Virus record (IMG/VR): IMGVR_UViG_3300019996_000009
Span: 1-45,646 of that record
DNA from: a virus
Lineage: Duplodnaviria; Caudoviricetes
Length of the DNA: 45,646 bases
Direction: 5' to 3' (one strand)
Part shown: positions 18,789 to 28,121 of the stretch, one piece after another
Position numbering within the stretch: the first letter of the stretch is position 1
Layout: each line of letters starts with the position of its first letter
Position numbers and translations under genes: made by a program
The notes under the pieces: model-generated
What the model was told of the DNA's origin: nothing
The model's database searches: none
The model's input: only the letters and a program-made list of their open reading frames with translations

Positions 18789-19343
18789 ATGACCACACTG
18801 GCGGACAACGTCAGGGTTGGCATCACCGGTGAACTGAGCGTCGCCCCGGTGGGCACGACCGCGCCAACCACCTCGGTCTCGTCGCTGAACGCGTCGTTCG
18901 TCGGCCTCGGCTACGTCTCCGAGGACGGTGTCACCGAGACCTACGAGGACACCGTCGAGGACATCGTCGCGTGGCAGGGCGCCACCGTCGTCCGATCCAC
19001 GACAACCGAGTCCAAGGCCACCCTGTCCCTCACCCTGATCGAGACCAAGGGCGAGGTTCTTGAGCTGTTCCACAAGGGATCGGCCGTCGCGGTCGTCTCG
19101 TCCGGGCAGTGGAAGATCGACGTCGTTGCGCCTACCGCCGACCCGCGGGCATTCGTGCTCGACGTGATCGACGGCTCGAAGCACGTCCGCATCTACGTCG
19201 CACGCGGCGAGGTGACCGAGCGCGGCGAGATCGTCTACGCCAACGGCGAGCCGATCGGCTACGAGGTCACCATCACCTGCTACCCGGTCAGCGGCATCGT
19301 GCTGACCAAGTTCAGCGACGACGCGTCGTGGGGCTACAGCTGA
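18789..19343 (+). CDS. Major tail (tube) protein
   Basis: APVGTTAPT, LGYVSEDGV, AWQGATVVR, GYEVTITCYP; SD GGAGG; ends WGYS. Confidence 0.92.
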   Translation: MTTLADNVRVGITGELSVAPVGTTAPTTSVSSLNASFVGLGYVSEDGVTETYEDTVEDIVAWQGATVVRSTTTESKATLSLTLIETKGEVLELFHKGSAVAVVSSGQWKIDVVAPTADPRAFVLDVIDGSKHVRIYVARGEVTERGEIVYANGEPIGYEVTITCYPVSGIVLTKFSDDASWGYS

Positions 19344-19423
19344 CCCTCTGAACCCCCGCCAGTCCGCGCGCGCGGACGCGGGCTGGCGGGCCACAACATC
19401 CGCGCACGCAAGGAGATCCGCGC

Positions 19424-19795
19424 ATGTCCGAGCCTGAATCAGACTTCGACTACGACTACGACCTTGACGCCCTGGTGCTCGAGGTTGAGACGGCCCCACC
19501 GTTCCGCTTCAAGTGGCGCGGCGAGGCCTGGGAAATGCCTCTCATGCAGGCGATGGACTTCGCCGACCAGATGTCCCTCGAGGACGCCACGGTCGAGCAG
19601 TCGATGCGGCTCATCATGGGCACCGACCAGTTCGACCGCCTGCTCGCCGAGCCCATCTCGATTGCCCGGATGGAAGGGCTCATCAGGGCGTGGCACCGGC
19701 ACCAGGGCCTGGAGCCGGGGGAATCGCGGGCCTCGCGGCGTTCCTCAGGGAACACGGCGAGGCGGTCGAAGCGGACCTCGCGTTCCGGTCGGTAG
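19424..19795 (+). CDS. Tail assembly chaperone (short form)
   Basis: Between tail tube and tape measure genes; SD AAGGAG. Confidence 0.85.
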   Translation: MSEPESDFDYDYDLDALVLEVETAPPFRFKWRGEAWEMPLMQAMDFADQMSLEDATVEQSMRLIMGTDQFDRLLAEPISIARMEGLIRAWHRHQGLEPGESRASRRSSGNTARRSKRTSRSGR

Positions 19796-20133
19796 ACCTC
19801 CGACACCTTGGCACACCCAGGCTGACCTGGCGTCGCCTCGCCCTCCTCATCCGGGCCCTTGCATCCATGCCGGGGACCTTGCTGAATCGGCGTCTCGGCG
19901 GCGACGACTGGTCGCTCGATCAGCACCTGCTCGCCATCGTCGCCGACCGGATGGCGGTCGCGAACTGGCAGCGATCGAAGGCTGGCCAGAAAGGCACCAA
20001 CCGGCCCAAGCCCATCTCGCCGTTGGCGCGCAAGGGCCGCGGCCACAAGTACGGCCGCACCGACCGTAGCCCTGAAGAGGTCAAGCATTACCTCGCCCGG
20101 CTCAAGGCCGGCGACTTCGACACAGGGGGGTGA
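19424..20133 (+). CDS. Tail assembly chaperone, frameshifted long form
   Basis: -1 frame encodes EHGEAVEADL...LTWRRL...DQHLLAIVADRM..ANWQR...PKPI typical of actinophage long TACs. Confidence 0.82.
19717..19723 (+). other. -1 programmed frameshift slippery site GGGGGAA
   Basis: CCG GGG GAA in the chaperone frame; the -1 frame stays open to 20133. Confidence 0.85.
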
Positions 20134-20136
20134 GGC

Positions 20137-22380
20137 GTGGCCGAAGAAGTTGGGCAGGCGTTTGTCAGCATCCTGCCGTCGCTGCGGGGCTTCTCCTCCA
20201 GCCTCAAAGCCCAGCTGCGCCGCGAACTGGTGACGATCGACCCGGTTGTCGGCGACGCCGGCGACCGGGCCGGCCGCACCTTCGGCTCACGCATGGGCGA
20301 CGGGATCGCCGGCAGCATGGGCCGCATCGGTGGCCTGCTGAAGACGGGCCTCATCGCCGCGGTCGCAGGTGCGGGTATCGCTCTGGGCGGGCTGACCGTG
20401 TTCGGCCTCAAGTCGGCGGCCGCCCTGGAGCAGACCCAGATCGGGCTCGAGGCGTTGACCGGCTCTGCGGAGGTGGCCAAGTCCTTCCTCGGAGAACTGC
20501 AGCAGTTCGCCGCGAAGACACCGTTCGAGTTCGCCGGTGTGGCCGACGCGTCGCGCCGGATCCTCGCGTTCGGCGCTGCAGTCGGCATCGCCCGCGAAGA
20601 GGTCATCCCGACGCTGACGGTCATCGGCGACCTGGTGTCGGTGCTCGGCGGCAGCCAGGAAAACATCGACTCGGTTGTCCGGTCGCTGGGCCAGATCGCC
20701 TCCAAGGGCAAGGTGTCGCAGGAGGAGTTGCTCCAGCTGGCCGAGGCCCTGCCGGGGTTCAACGCCAACGCGGCCATCGCGTCCCAGCTGGGTCTGTCGG
20801 TGGCCGACACCCTGGACCTGATCTCGTCCGGCGGGCTGGACGCCACGACCGGCATCAACGCTCTCCTCGCTGGGATGGCCCAGTTCCCCGGCGCGGCCGG
20901 GGCGATGGAGAAGCAGGCCCAGACTCTGACGGGCGTGTTCTCCACCTTCAAGGACACCATGGCGATCGCGCTCACCAACGCGTTCCAGCCGGTGATCCCG
21001 GAGATCAAGCAGTCCCTGTCCGAGGTCACCCCGGTCCTGGGCGGTGTGATCGAGAAGATCGCGCCGATGCTGGGCGAGCTCCTGACCCAACTGCTGCCGC
21101 TCGTCGGCATCCTGTCACAGGCCCTGACGCCCATCCTCGGCCCGGCCATCGAGGCGTTCGCTTCATTCATCCCGCAACTGACGCCCGCCCTCGTCCCGCT
21201 CGGCGAGGCGCTCGGCCGGGTGGTGGAGGCGTTCGCGCCGCTGATCCCGATCCTGGCGCAGGTCATCGAGAAGCTGGTCTCATCCGGGCTGGTGCCGATT
21301 CTCGACACCCTCGCGCCGCAGATCGCGGACCTGGTCGTGCCCATCGGCGACCTGCTCCTCGCGATGCTGCCCCTCATCCCGCCGCTCACCGACCTGCTCG
21401 TGATGTTCCTGCAGATGCAGGGACCGCTGATCAAGCTCGCGGCGATCTTCCTGTCCTTCCTTGCCGTCGAGGCCCTCGCCCCCGCACTCGAGTGGGTCGC
21501 TAAGGGATTCCAGAAGGTCCTCGACTTCGCTAAGCCGTTCCTCGCCATCGCCACTGACATCGACAACTGGCCGATGATCTTCGACCGGTTCAAGCAGGTC
21601 GTCGGCGACGCACTCGGCGCGGTTGGCCAGTTCTTCTCCGAACTGCCCGGCAAGATCGGAGAGTTCCTGTCGAGCCTGCCGCAGCGGCTGCATGACCTGG
21701 CGCAGCAGGCGTTCAACTTCATGTTGTTCGCCATCGGGTTCGGCATCGGCAAGGTCATCGCGTTTTTCCGGGACCTGCCGGCCAACATCGCCACCCTCGC
21801 CACCGATCTGTGGGAGCGGGTCAAGGCGCTGTTCACCAGCGGTGTCGAGAACGCCCGCAGCAGTGCGGTGTCAGGGTTCGAGCGGTTCGTCGAGTTCGTC
21901 AAAGGACTACCCGGCAAGGTCATCGACGCGGTGCAGACGTTGCCCGGCCGGCTGCTGGACTTCGCACTCGAGCTTGGCGAGAAGGCGCTGCAGATCGGCC
22001 GCGACATCGTCAGCGGCGTGGTGAACGGCATCAAGAGCACAATCGGTAACGTCGGCTCGGCCCTGAAGGAAGGCTTCGACTCGGCGGTCGCCGGCGTGAA
22101 GCGCGGCCTTGGCATTTCGTCGCCGTCGAAGGTGTTCGCCGGCATTGGCGAGGACTCGATCGCCGGCTACGTCAAGGGCATCGAGGAGACCGCGGCCGAG
22201 GCGTCCCTCGCCACCACGGTTGCGCTGTCGCCCGGAGCGGTGAAGTCCCCGGCAGCCGCGGCGACGCCGATGGTCGAGGTCGGTGTGGTCGGCGACGGCG
22301 ACGACATCGTCCGGGCGTTCCGTGAGTTCATTCGCGTCCGCTACGGCGGCGATCCGACCGTGGCGTTCGGAACGACCTGA
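20137..22380 (+). CDS. Tape measure protein
   Basis: VGQAFVSILPS N-terminus, FAAKTPFEF domain, amphipathic repeats, LGISSPSKVF. Confidence 0.95.
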   Translation: MAEEVGQAFVSILPSLRGFSSSLKAQLRRELVTIDPVVGDAGDRAGRTFGSRMGDGIAGSMGRIGGLLKTGLIAAVAGAGIALGGLTVFGLKSAAALEQTQIGLEALTGSAEVAKSFLGELQQFAAKTPFEFAGVADASRRILAFGAAVGIAREEVIPTLTVIGDLVSVLGGSQENIDSVVRSLGQIASKGKVSQEELLQLAEALPGFNANAAIASQLGLSVADTLDLISSGGLDATTGINALLAGMAQFPGAAGAMEKQAQTLTGVFSTFKDTMAIALTNAFQPVIPEIKQSLSEVTPVLGGVIEKIAPMLGELLTQLLPLVGILSQALTPILGPAIEAFASFIPQLTPALVPLGEALGRVVEAFAPLIPILAQVIEKLVSSGLVPILDTLAPQIADLVVPIGDLLLAMLPLIPPLTDLLVMFLQMQGPLIKLAAIFLSFLAVEALAPALEWVAKGFQKVLDFAKPFLAIATDIDNWPMIFDRFKQVVGDALGAVGQFFSELPGKIGEFLSSLPQRLHDLAQQAFNFMLFAIGFGIGKVIAFFRDLPANIATLATDLWERVKALFTSGVENARSSAVSGFERFVEFVKGLPGKVIDAVQTLPGRLLDFALELGEKALQIGRDIVSGVVNGIKSTIGNVGSALKEGFDSAVAGVKRGLGISSPSKVFAGIGEDSIAGYVKGIEETAAEASLATTVALSPGAVKSPAAAATPMVEVGVVGDGDDIVRAFREFIRVRYGGDPTVAFGTT

Positions 22381-25217
22381 TGGCGTTCCCCGACACAGAC
22401 CTGACGCCTGTCGTCACGGTCTACCTCGGCGCGGACCTGTCCGCAGACCCGGGCACGTGGACGCCAACCGACTGGTCCTCGCGCCTGGTGCGCAAGCCGG
22501 TCCAGACCAAGACGGGCCGCAGCGACGGACAGGAGACGCTCCAGGCCGGGTCGTGCATCCTGTGGCTGGAGAACACCGACGGTGCGCTGACACCCCTGCT
22601 CGCGACGTCCACGTACTACCCGGACTGGGACTTCGGCGTGCCGATGCAATTCGCTGTCGACGACGTCGGGGCGTCGCCGCCGTACGCGCAGTTCTCCGGC
22701 TACGTCACCGACATCCGACCGGTCATTGTCCCCGGGTCGGGCGGGAACATCTCCACCGTTCAGGTCACGGTCGCCGGCACCTGGCAGATCCTCACCCAGG
22801 GCCGCGTGGAGAAGTCGGCCCTGCGCCGCACCATCCCGACCGAAAGCCCATTGGCGTACTGGCCGATGGAGGACGGGCCCGACTCGCTCGAGCTGGCGTC
22901 GGGCCTCCCCGGTGGAACCCCGCTCACCGTCACCACGGCCGACGCCGACCGGATTGGCGTGAGCGGCCTGGCCCCCGGCGCTGGCACGTGCCTCGATGTC
23001 GGCAAGCCGGGGACCCTCGGAACGACTTCCGCGGGAGCCGCGCATACCAGCCTGTTCACGCTGTCGGCCACGTCCGCCGCGTCGTGGTCGGTGAGCTGGG
23101 TCGCCCGCTGCTACATCCCGGCGTCCATTACGACCACCCCGCTGTTCAGGCTCGACGGCCCAGTCTCAGTCCTGATCTACGTAATCGATCAGCGCATGGC
23201 CGCGATGGTCGCCGGCTCCCTGGGGAACCTTGTCTACACCGGCACCATCGCGGTGGACCCGGGCTCGCTGGTCGACCCCCACCATTTCGTGCTGACCCTC
23301 GTCCAGAACGGCACGGGGATCGACATTCAGCTGTTCTGCGACGGGGTGGTCGCCACCGGCGGCGGCCTGGACGGACAGGCCACCCTTGCCAGCACCACCA
23401 ACGCCCTACCGACCGGCTTCCAGTTCGGCTCCGGCACCACCAGCGGCATCACCAGCGACACGTCACTGCTACTCGGCCAGGTCGCGATCCATACCGGGGC
23501 CTACGCGACCAACCTGAACGCTTTGCCCGGGCCGGTCTCCGCCTACACCGGAGAAATGGCGCACGTCCGCGCTGAGCGGATCTGCAGCGAAGAGGGCATT
23601 ACCTTCACGACGACAGCCACGACCAGTATCGAGATGGGGCCGCAGCCGGTCGCTGACGAAACCGACGTCCTGCGGGACTGTGAGCTTGTCGACCGCGGCA
23701 TCCTCTACGAACTACTTCACACGTGGGGCCTGGGCTATCTTGCCGCCTCCCAGCGGGTGAATCAGTCCTCATCCCTGGCCATCGACCTGTCGACGTACCG
23801 GACCACGTCGGGCACGCAGGCGGATGTGCTGGCCCCGATCCGCAACAACAAGCGGATGCGCAACGACTGGACCGTCACCCGGCCTCAGGGCAGCTCGGCG
23901 ACCGCGAAGGACGACGACCACATCGCCCGCCGCGGCCGGCACAAAGGCTCCCGGGACTCCAACGTCGCCCGCGACAACCAGCTCCCAGATCAGGCGCAGT
24001 GGCTTGTCCATGAAGGCACCTTCGAGGGTCTGCGGTATCCGCCGATCCCGCTCGACCTGGGATCCAACGCGACGCTTCTGCCCGACTGGCTCGAGCTGAC
24101 CGCCGGTGCGACCATCGAGCGCACCCACGGGACAATTGGGCAGCACCCGACCGACCCGTACCGCGGCGTCATTGAGGGCTATTCGCAGGAGATCGGCCAC
24201 CGCACGTGGTCGGCCACAATCAACGCACCGCCAGCTGACACCTGGACGGTGTTCGAGTTGTCCGCCACGACCGCCGACGCCGGCGAGTTCGTCGGCCGCC
24301 TGGCCGCTGACGACGACGCGGCGATCCGGGCCGCCATCACCACGACTGCCACGTCGATCCTCGTCGACCCGAACCGGACGCGGTTCACGACGGTCGCTGA
24401 CGACTTCGACCCGGACCTGACCGTGCGTTTCGGCGGGGAAACCGCTGACGTGTCGAGCATCGCCACCACCGCCGGGACGTTCGTCGCGGCCGGCACGGTG
24501 GCGCACGCCAGCAACGCCAGCGTCACCCCGTCCCTGCCGGCCGGTGTGCAGACTGGAGATCTGCTGCTGGTCTTCGCCGCGATCCGCAACTCGGGCACCG
24601 GCTTGCCGAGCGCCCCGACCGGGTACACGCGGCTGCCGGTGTTCAACGCAGCCGACAACGCCCAGCTGTTCGCCAAGGTCCACAGTGGATCCGAGTCGGC
24701 GCCGACGGTGACGTTCACCGGCGGCGTGGCCAACGCCGACACGTCGGCCCAGATGGCCGCCTTCCGAGGTACTCCGGTGACGCTGACCGACCTCGCCGAC
24801 GTCGTGGTTCTAGCCGCCACCCAGCTCAACTCCTCGGCCGCCGACATCGCAACCCCAGCCCTGGCGTCACTGCACCAGCAAGGCTGCATCATCCTCGCCC
24901 TGGGCTGGAAGCAGGACGACTGGACATCCGTCGCCGTGGTGTCCGGGTTCACCGAGATCGGCGAACCCGACACGACCACCGGCGACGACCAGGGCATCGT
25001 CTGGGACTACGTCATCCAGACCACCCCGGCCGACATTCCCGCCTCGTCGTTTGTGGTCACCGGCGGGGCGTCGGCGATCTCCCGGTCGGCCGTTGTCGCC
25101 CTGGCCGCCGGCTACCAGACCTTCACGGTGGCTGCCCGTTCCACCAACGGCGTCGTCAAGGCCCACGCGGCCGGAACCAGGATCGAGGTCGAAGATGCTT
25201 TCGTGCTCGGGTTGTGA
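22380..25217 (+). CDS. Large minor tail/tail-tip protein with LamG-like and inserted putative sugar-binding domains
   Basis: Follows tape measure; PLAYWPMEDG, HHFVLTL; C-terminal STNGVVKAHAAGT. Confidence 0.8.
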   Translation: MAFPDTDLTPVVTVYLGADLSADPGTWTPTDWSSRLVRKPVQTKTGRSDGQETLQAGSCILWLENTDGALTPLLATSTYYPDWDFGVPMQFAVDDVGASPPYAQFSGYVTDIRPVIVPGSGGNISTVQVTVAGTWQILTQGRVEKSALRRTIPTESPLAYWPMEDGPDSLELASGLPGGTPLTVTTADADRIGVSGLAPGAGTCLDVGKPGTLGTTSAGAAHTSLFTLSATSAASWSVSWVARCYIPASITTTPLFRLDGPVSVLIYVIDQRMAAMVAGSLGNLVYTGTIAVDPGSLVDPHHFVLTLVQNGTGIDIQLFCDGVVATGGGLDGQATLASTTNALPTGFQFGSGTTSGITSDTSLLLGQVAIHTGAYATNLNALPGPVSAYTGEMAHVRAERICSEEGITFTTTATTSIEMGPQPVADETDVLRDCELVDRGILYELLHTWGLGYLAASQRVNQSSSLAIDLSTYRTTSGTQADVLAPIRNNKRMRNDWTVTRPQGSSATAKDDDHIARRGRHKGSRDSNVARDNQLPDQAQWLVHEGTFEGLRYPPIPLDLGSNATLLPDWLELTAGATIERTHGTIGQHPTDPYRGVIEGYSQEIGHRTWSATINAPPADTWTVFELSATTADAGEFVGRLAADDDAAIRAAITTTATSILVDPNRTRFTTVADDFDPDLTVRFGGETADVSSIATTAGTFVAAGTVAHASNASVTPSLPAGVQTGDLLLVFAAIRNSGTGLPSAPTGYTRLPVFNAADNAQLFAKVHSGSESAPTVTFTGGVANADTSAQMAAFRGTPVTLTDLADVVVLAATQLNSSAADIATPALASLHQQGCIILALGWKQDDWTSVAVVSGFTEIGEPDTTTGDDQGIVWDYVIQTTPADIPASSFVVTGGASAISRSAVVALAAGYQTFTVAARSTNGVVKAHAAGTRIEVEDAFVLGL

Positions 25218-25223
25218 TCACTG

Positions 25224-25736
25224 ATGGGCGTCTGGACCGGCACCATCCCGACGTCGTTCCCCGCGGGGGCCAAGCTCCGCGGCGCCGACATGCAGACGAT
25301 CTCCGACGCCCTCACGGCGTTGTCGTCGGCGAAGACGGACTTTTCGTCCAGCTTCACCCTCACGGCCGTGACCGTGAACCCGACGAAGGGCAGCTCGACC
25401 TATTCGGCCGCCTACACCCAGGTCAACAAACTGGTGATCTACGAGTTCCGCGTCGACATCAACACCGGCGGTGGTTGGGCGGCGGGCACGGGGGCGTACC
25501 GCTTCCTCACGCCGGTGGCGGCGTCCACCGGTTCGATTTCCAGGGCACAGGGGTCGGTGTTCATCAACGATTCGGGTACCGCGTTGGTTGTCGGGACGTG
25601 CTCCTTCGTGCCGCTCGATTCGACCCACCTCGCCATCACGCTGGCGTCCGGGGCCTCCCTTGGCTCCGCGGGCCCGGGAACAGCGTGGGCGACCGGCGAC
25701 CACGTGGAAGGTTCGATCGTCTACGAGGCGGCGTGA
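25224..25736 (+). CDS. Minor tail/receptor-binding protein
   Basis: Beta-rich; GTGAYRFLTPV and terminal GSIVYEAA typical of small tail-tip proteins. Confidence 0.7.
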   Translation: MGVWTGTIPTSFPAGAKLRGADMQTISDALTALSSAKTDFSSSFTLTAVTVNPTKGSSTYSAAYTQVNKLVIYEFRVDINTGGGWAAGTGAYRFLTPVAASTGSISRAQGSVFINDSGTALVVGTCSFVPLDSTHLAITLASGASLGSAGPGTAWATGDHVEGSIVYEAA

Positions 25737-26500
25737 TGCGGCGGCTGCTCGCCGCGGCACTCGCAACGGTCCTGGCTGTTGCCGGGTGCTTGTCGTCGGC
25801 GAGGGCCGACCCGCCGGCGCTTCGGATCCTCACCCTCGGCGACTCGATCACCTCGCCCGGGCAGTGGCAGGCCGAACTGTGCCGGCTCATGGCCCAGGAC
25901 GCCGGTGTCACGTGCGACCTTCGCAACGAGGCCGTCAGCGGAACCGGGTGTGGGTATTGGCCGTCACGCATCGCGGGTCTGCTCGCGCAGCACCAGCCGG
26001 ACATGGTGATCCTGGCCTGCGGCACGAACGACTGGGCGTTGTCCCCGCAGGCCCGCGCCGACCTGGGTACCGCGTTCCGGTTGACGGTCGAGGCGATCTA
26101 CACGTTCCAGTCCTCGCCCCGGATCCGGATCGTGCCGGCGCTGATCCAGTACTCGGACCACCTGATCGCTCCACAGTGGGTGGTGGACTCGGAGCCGTTG
26201 GTGAACTCCGAGCTGTACACCAACATGCAGTACTACGCGCCCGCTGGCTGGTTCACGGCCATCCTCGACTGGCAGTACATCGCCTCAACCCCCACGTATC
26301 TGGTGGCCCAGGAGAACGGCGTTCCGGCCGGCCTTCACCCGACGCCGCGGGGCAACCGCTACATGGGCCGTCTCGCCTACGACCGGATCGCGGCCGGCAT
26401 GGGCTGGCCGGCGACGTCGGAACCGCCGCTGTGTGACCTGTACGGCACGCGCCGACCGTATCCGCGGCCGGCCTACATCCCGTGTCTGGACGGAGGTTGA
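25736..26500 (+). CDS. Exported SGNH/GDSL hydrolase
   Basis: Signal peptide MRRLLAAALATVLAVAGC; LGDSIT, AVSG, GTND, GLHPTPRG. Confidence 0.82.
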   Translation: MRRLLAAALATVLAVAGCLSSARADPPALRILTLGDSITSPGQWQAELCRLMAQDAGVTCDLRNEAVSGTGCGYWPSRIAGLLAQHQPDMVILACGTNDWALSPQARADLGTAFRLTVEAIYTFQSSPRIRIVPALIQYSDHLIAPQWVVDSEPLVNSELYTNMQYYAPAGWFTAILDWQYIASTPTYLVAQENGVPAGLHPTPRGNRYMGRLAYDRIAAGMGWPATSEPPLCDLYGTRRPYPRPAYIPCLDGG

Positions 26501-26502
26501 CG

Positions 26503-27315
26503 ATGGTCGCTCAGTCCGTGGTGATGGGCCGCGCCGCCACAGTGTGGAAGCCCGGCACCGTTGCCTACAGCCAGTCGACGATCCACCAGCCCGACGGGTA
26601 CCGGCAGGACTGCTCCGGCTACGTGTCGATGTGCTGGGCGCTGCCGCTGAACGCACCCGGGTCGTGGGGCGGGCAGAACACCGTATCGCTGGTGACCCTC
26701 GGGTACATGCACGAGATCACGCCGGGCGACCTGCGGGCTGGCGACGCGGTCGGCAAGTGCGGGCCGGGCACAGCCGGCAACGACGGCCACATCCAGCTGG
26801 TGGAGAGCTACAACCCGGCGACCGGGTCGGTCGTCATCTGGGAGCAGGCCGGCGGTGGCGGCCCGGCCCGACGCAGCCTCAAGCGCATCCCGGTCGGTTA
26901 CAAGGCATACCGGTACCAGGCCATCGAAGCTGGCAGAGGAGAGGACGAGGACATGGACGCTGCCCAGGCTCAGATGCTCAAGGACATCCACTACGCGCTG
27001 TTCGAGGGCGCAGATGCCGAAGGTCGCCCGGCCGGGTCGCTCATTGGGCTGACGCTGACGCCCAGCGACGCGATCAACCTGATCCTCAAGGGCGCGTCGC
27101 GGTTCGGCCTGGCCGAGGACCACCCGGATCCGCAGATCCACGCCCATGTGCCCGGCAACGACCTCAAGTCGCAGCTGGGCCACCTTTCGCTCGGTGGTAT
27201 CGACGTCACCGCCCTGGCCGACCAGATCGCGGCGAAGCTCGCGGCCAACACGGCGTTCACCGCCGCGGTCGCCGACGCCGTCAACGACGACGCGGCCAAG
27301 CGGCTGCAGTCCTAG
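26503..27315 (+). CDS. Endolysin, NlpC/P60-type peptidase with C-terminal domain
   Basis: YSQ...GYRQDCSGYVSMCW...LRAGDAV...GHIQL; SD GGAGG. Confidence 0.85.
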   Translation: MVAQSVVMGRAATVWKPGTVAYSQSTIHQPDGYRQDCSGYVSMCWALPLNAPGSWGGQNTVSLVTLGYMHEITPGDLRAGDAVGKCGPGTAGNDGHIQLVESYNPATGSVVIWEQAGGGGPARRSLKRIPVGYKAYRYQAIEAGRGEDEDMDAAQAQMLKDIHYALFEGADAEGRPAGSLIGLTLTPSDAINLILKGASRFGLAEDHPDPQIHAHVPGNDLKSQLGHLSLGGIDVTALADQIAAKLAANTAFTAAVADAVNDDAAKRLQS

Positions 27316-27346
27316 CCACCAGCTCAACAGCACAGGAGTAGGTCAC

Positions 27347-27643
27347 GTGGTGAAGGACGTCACCTGGAAGCACGTATCCATCATTCTCGGCTTCTTCGCC
27401 ACGGTCGCAGTCCTGGCGGTGTCCGGCCAGGACACGGCGGCGTTCATCGTCGTCGGCATGGCGGTCCTCGCCGGCATCGGCCTGGTGGCCGTGCAGGCCG
27501 GTGCCGCGAAGGAACAGACGGCCGCGGTGAAGGAACAGACCAACGGCAACACGACGCGGCTGCTCGACATCGTTGAGGCTCAGGGCAAGTTGCTGGCGTC
27601 GATGCAGCCACCGCCGACCGACGACCAGGAGGTACAGCGATGA
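27347..27643 (+). CDS. Membrane protein, putative holin/lysis accessory
   Basis: Two TM segments, then QTNGN coiled coil; follows endolysin. Confidence 0.65.
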   Translation: MVKDVTWKHVSIILGFFATVAVLAVSGQDTAAFIVVGMAVLAGIGLVAVQAGAAKEQTAAVKEQTNGNTTRLLDIVEAQGKLLASMQPPPTDDQEVQR

Positions 27644-27891
27644 CCCAGCCCACCCCGACCCAGGTCCAGCACCCGTGGCGGGCCACCGCCCGGACCGTGT
27701 TCGCAGGCCTGGTCGCGCTCGCGTCGCTGCTGCCCTACGTCATCGCCGGCGCGCACATCCCCGCCGAGGGGGTCGTGGCGCAGGTGTTGGCCGTGGCCGG
27801 CGGCGTGACCCGGGTGATGGCCCTGCCCGGTGTGCAGGCCCTGATCGCCGAGTACGTGCCGTGGCTGTCGGCCACACCGAGACAGCCGTGA
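27640..27891 (+). CDS. Holin
   Basis: HPWRATARTVF...GVTRVMALPGV...VPWL, two TM segments. Confidence 0.75.
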   Translation: MTQPTPTQVQHPWRATARTVFAGLVALASLLPYVIAGAHIPAEGVVAQVLAVAGGVTRVMALPGVQALIAEYVPWLSATPRQP

Positions 27892-28109
27892 CCCGCACCG
27901 AGGTTGTGTCGGTGCGGTTGACGCCCGCCGAGCGGCAGCGCTTGGACGAGTTGGGGGGCCCGGCCGCCCTGCGCCGCCTGCTCGCGCCGACGCAACAGGT
28001 TCTACCGATCACGACGGCCCCGGACCCGATCTTCGTTCCCGCGCGCAGTTCGGTCGTGTGGTTCGACGGGACCGTCGGCCCGAGCTGGCCAGCGCTGGCT
28101 ACCTACTGA
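27888..28109 (+). CDS. Small ribbon-helix-helix-like protein
   Basis: VVSVRLTPAERQRLDEL; GTGA coupling. Confidence 0.5.
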   Translation: MTRTEVVSVRLTPAERQRLDELGGPAALRRLLAPTQQVLPITTAPDPIFVPARSSVVWFDGTVGPSWPALATY

Positions 28110-28121
28110 TGAAGGAGCACC

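Noticed and set aside
20950-22050. Periodic repeats in the tape measure gene
   Set aside because: Ordinary amphipathic tape-measure repeats
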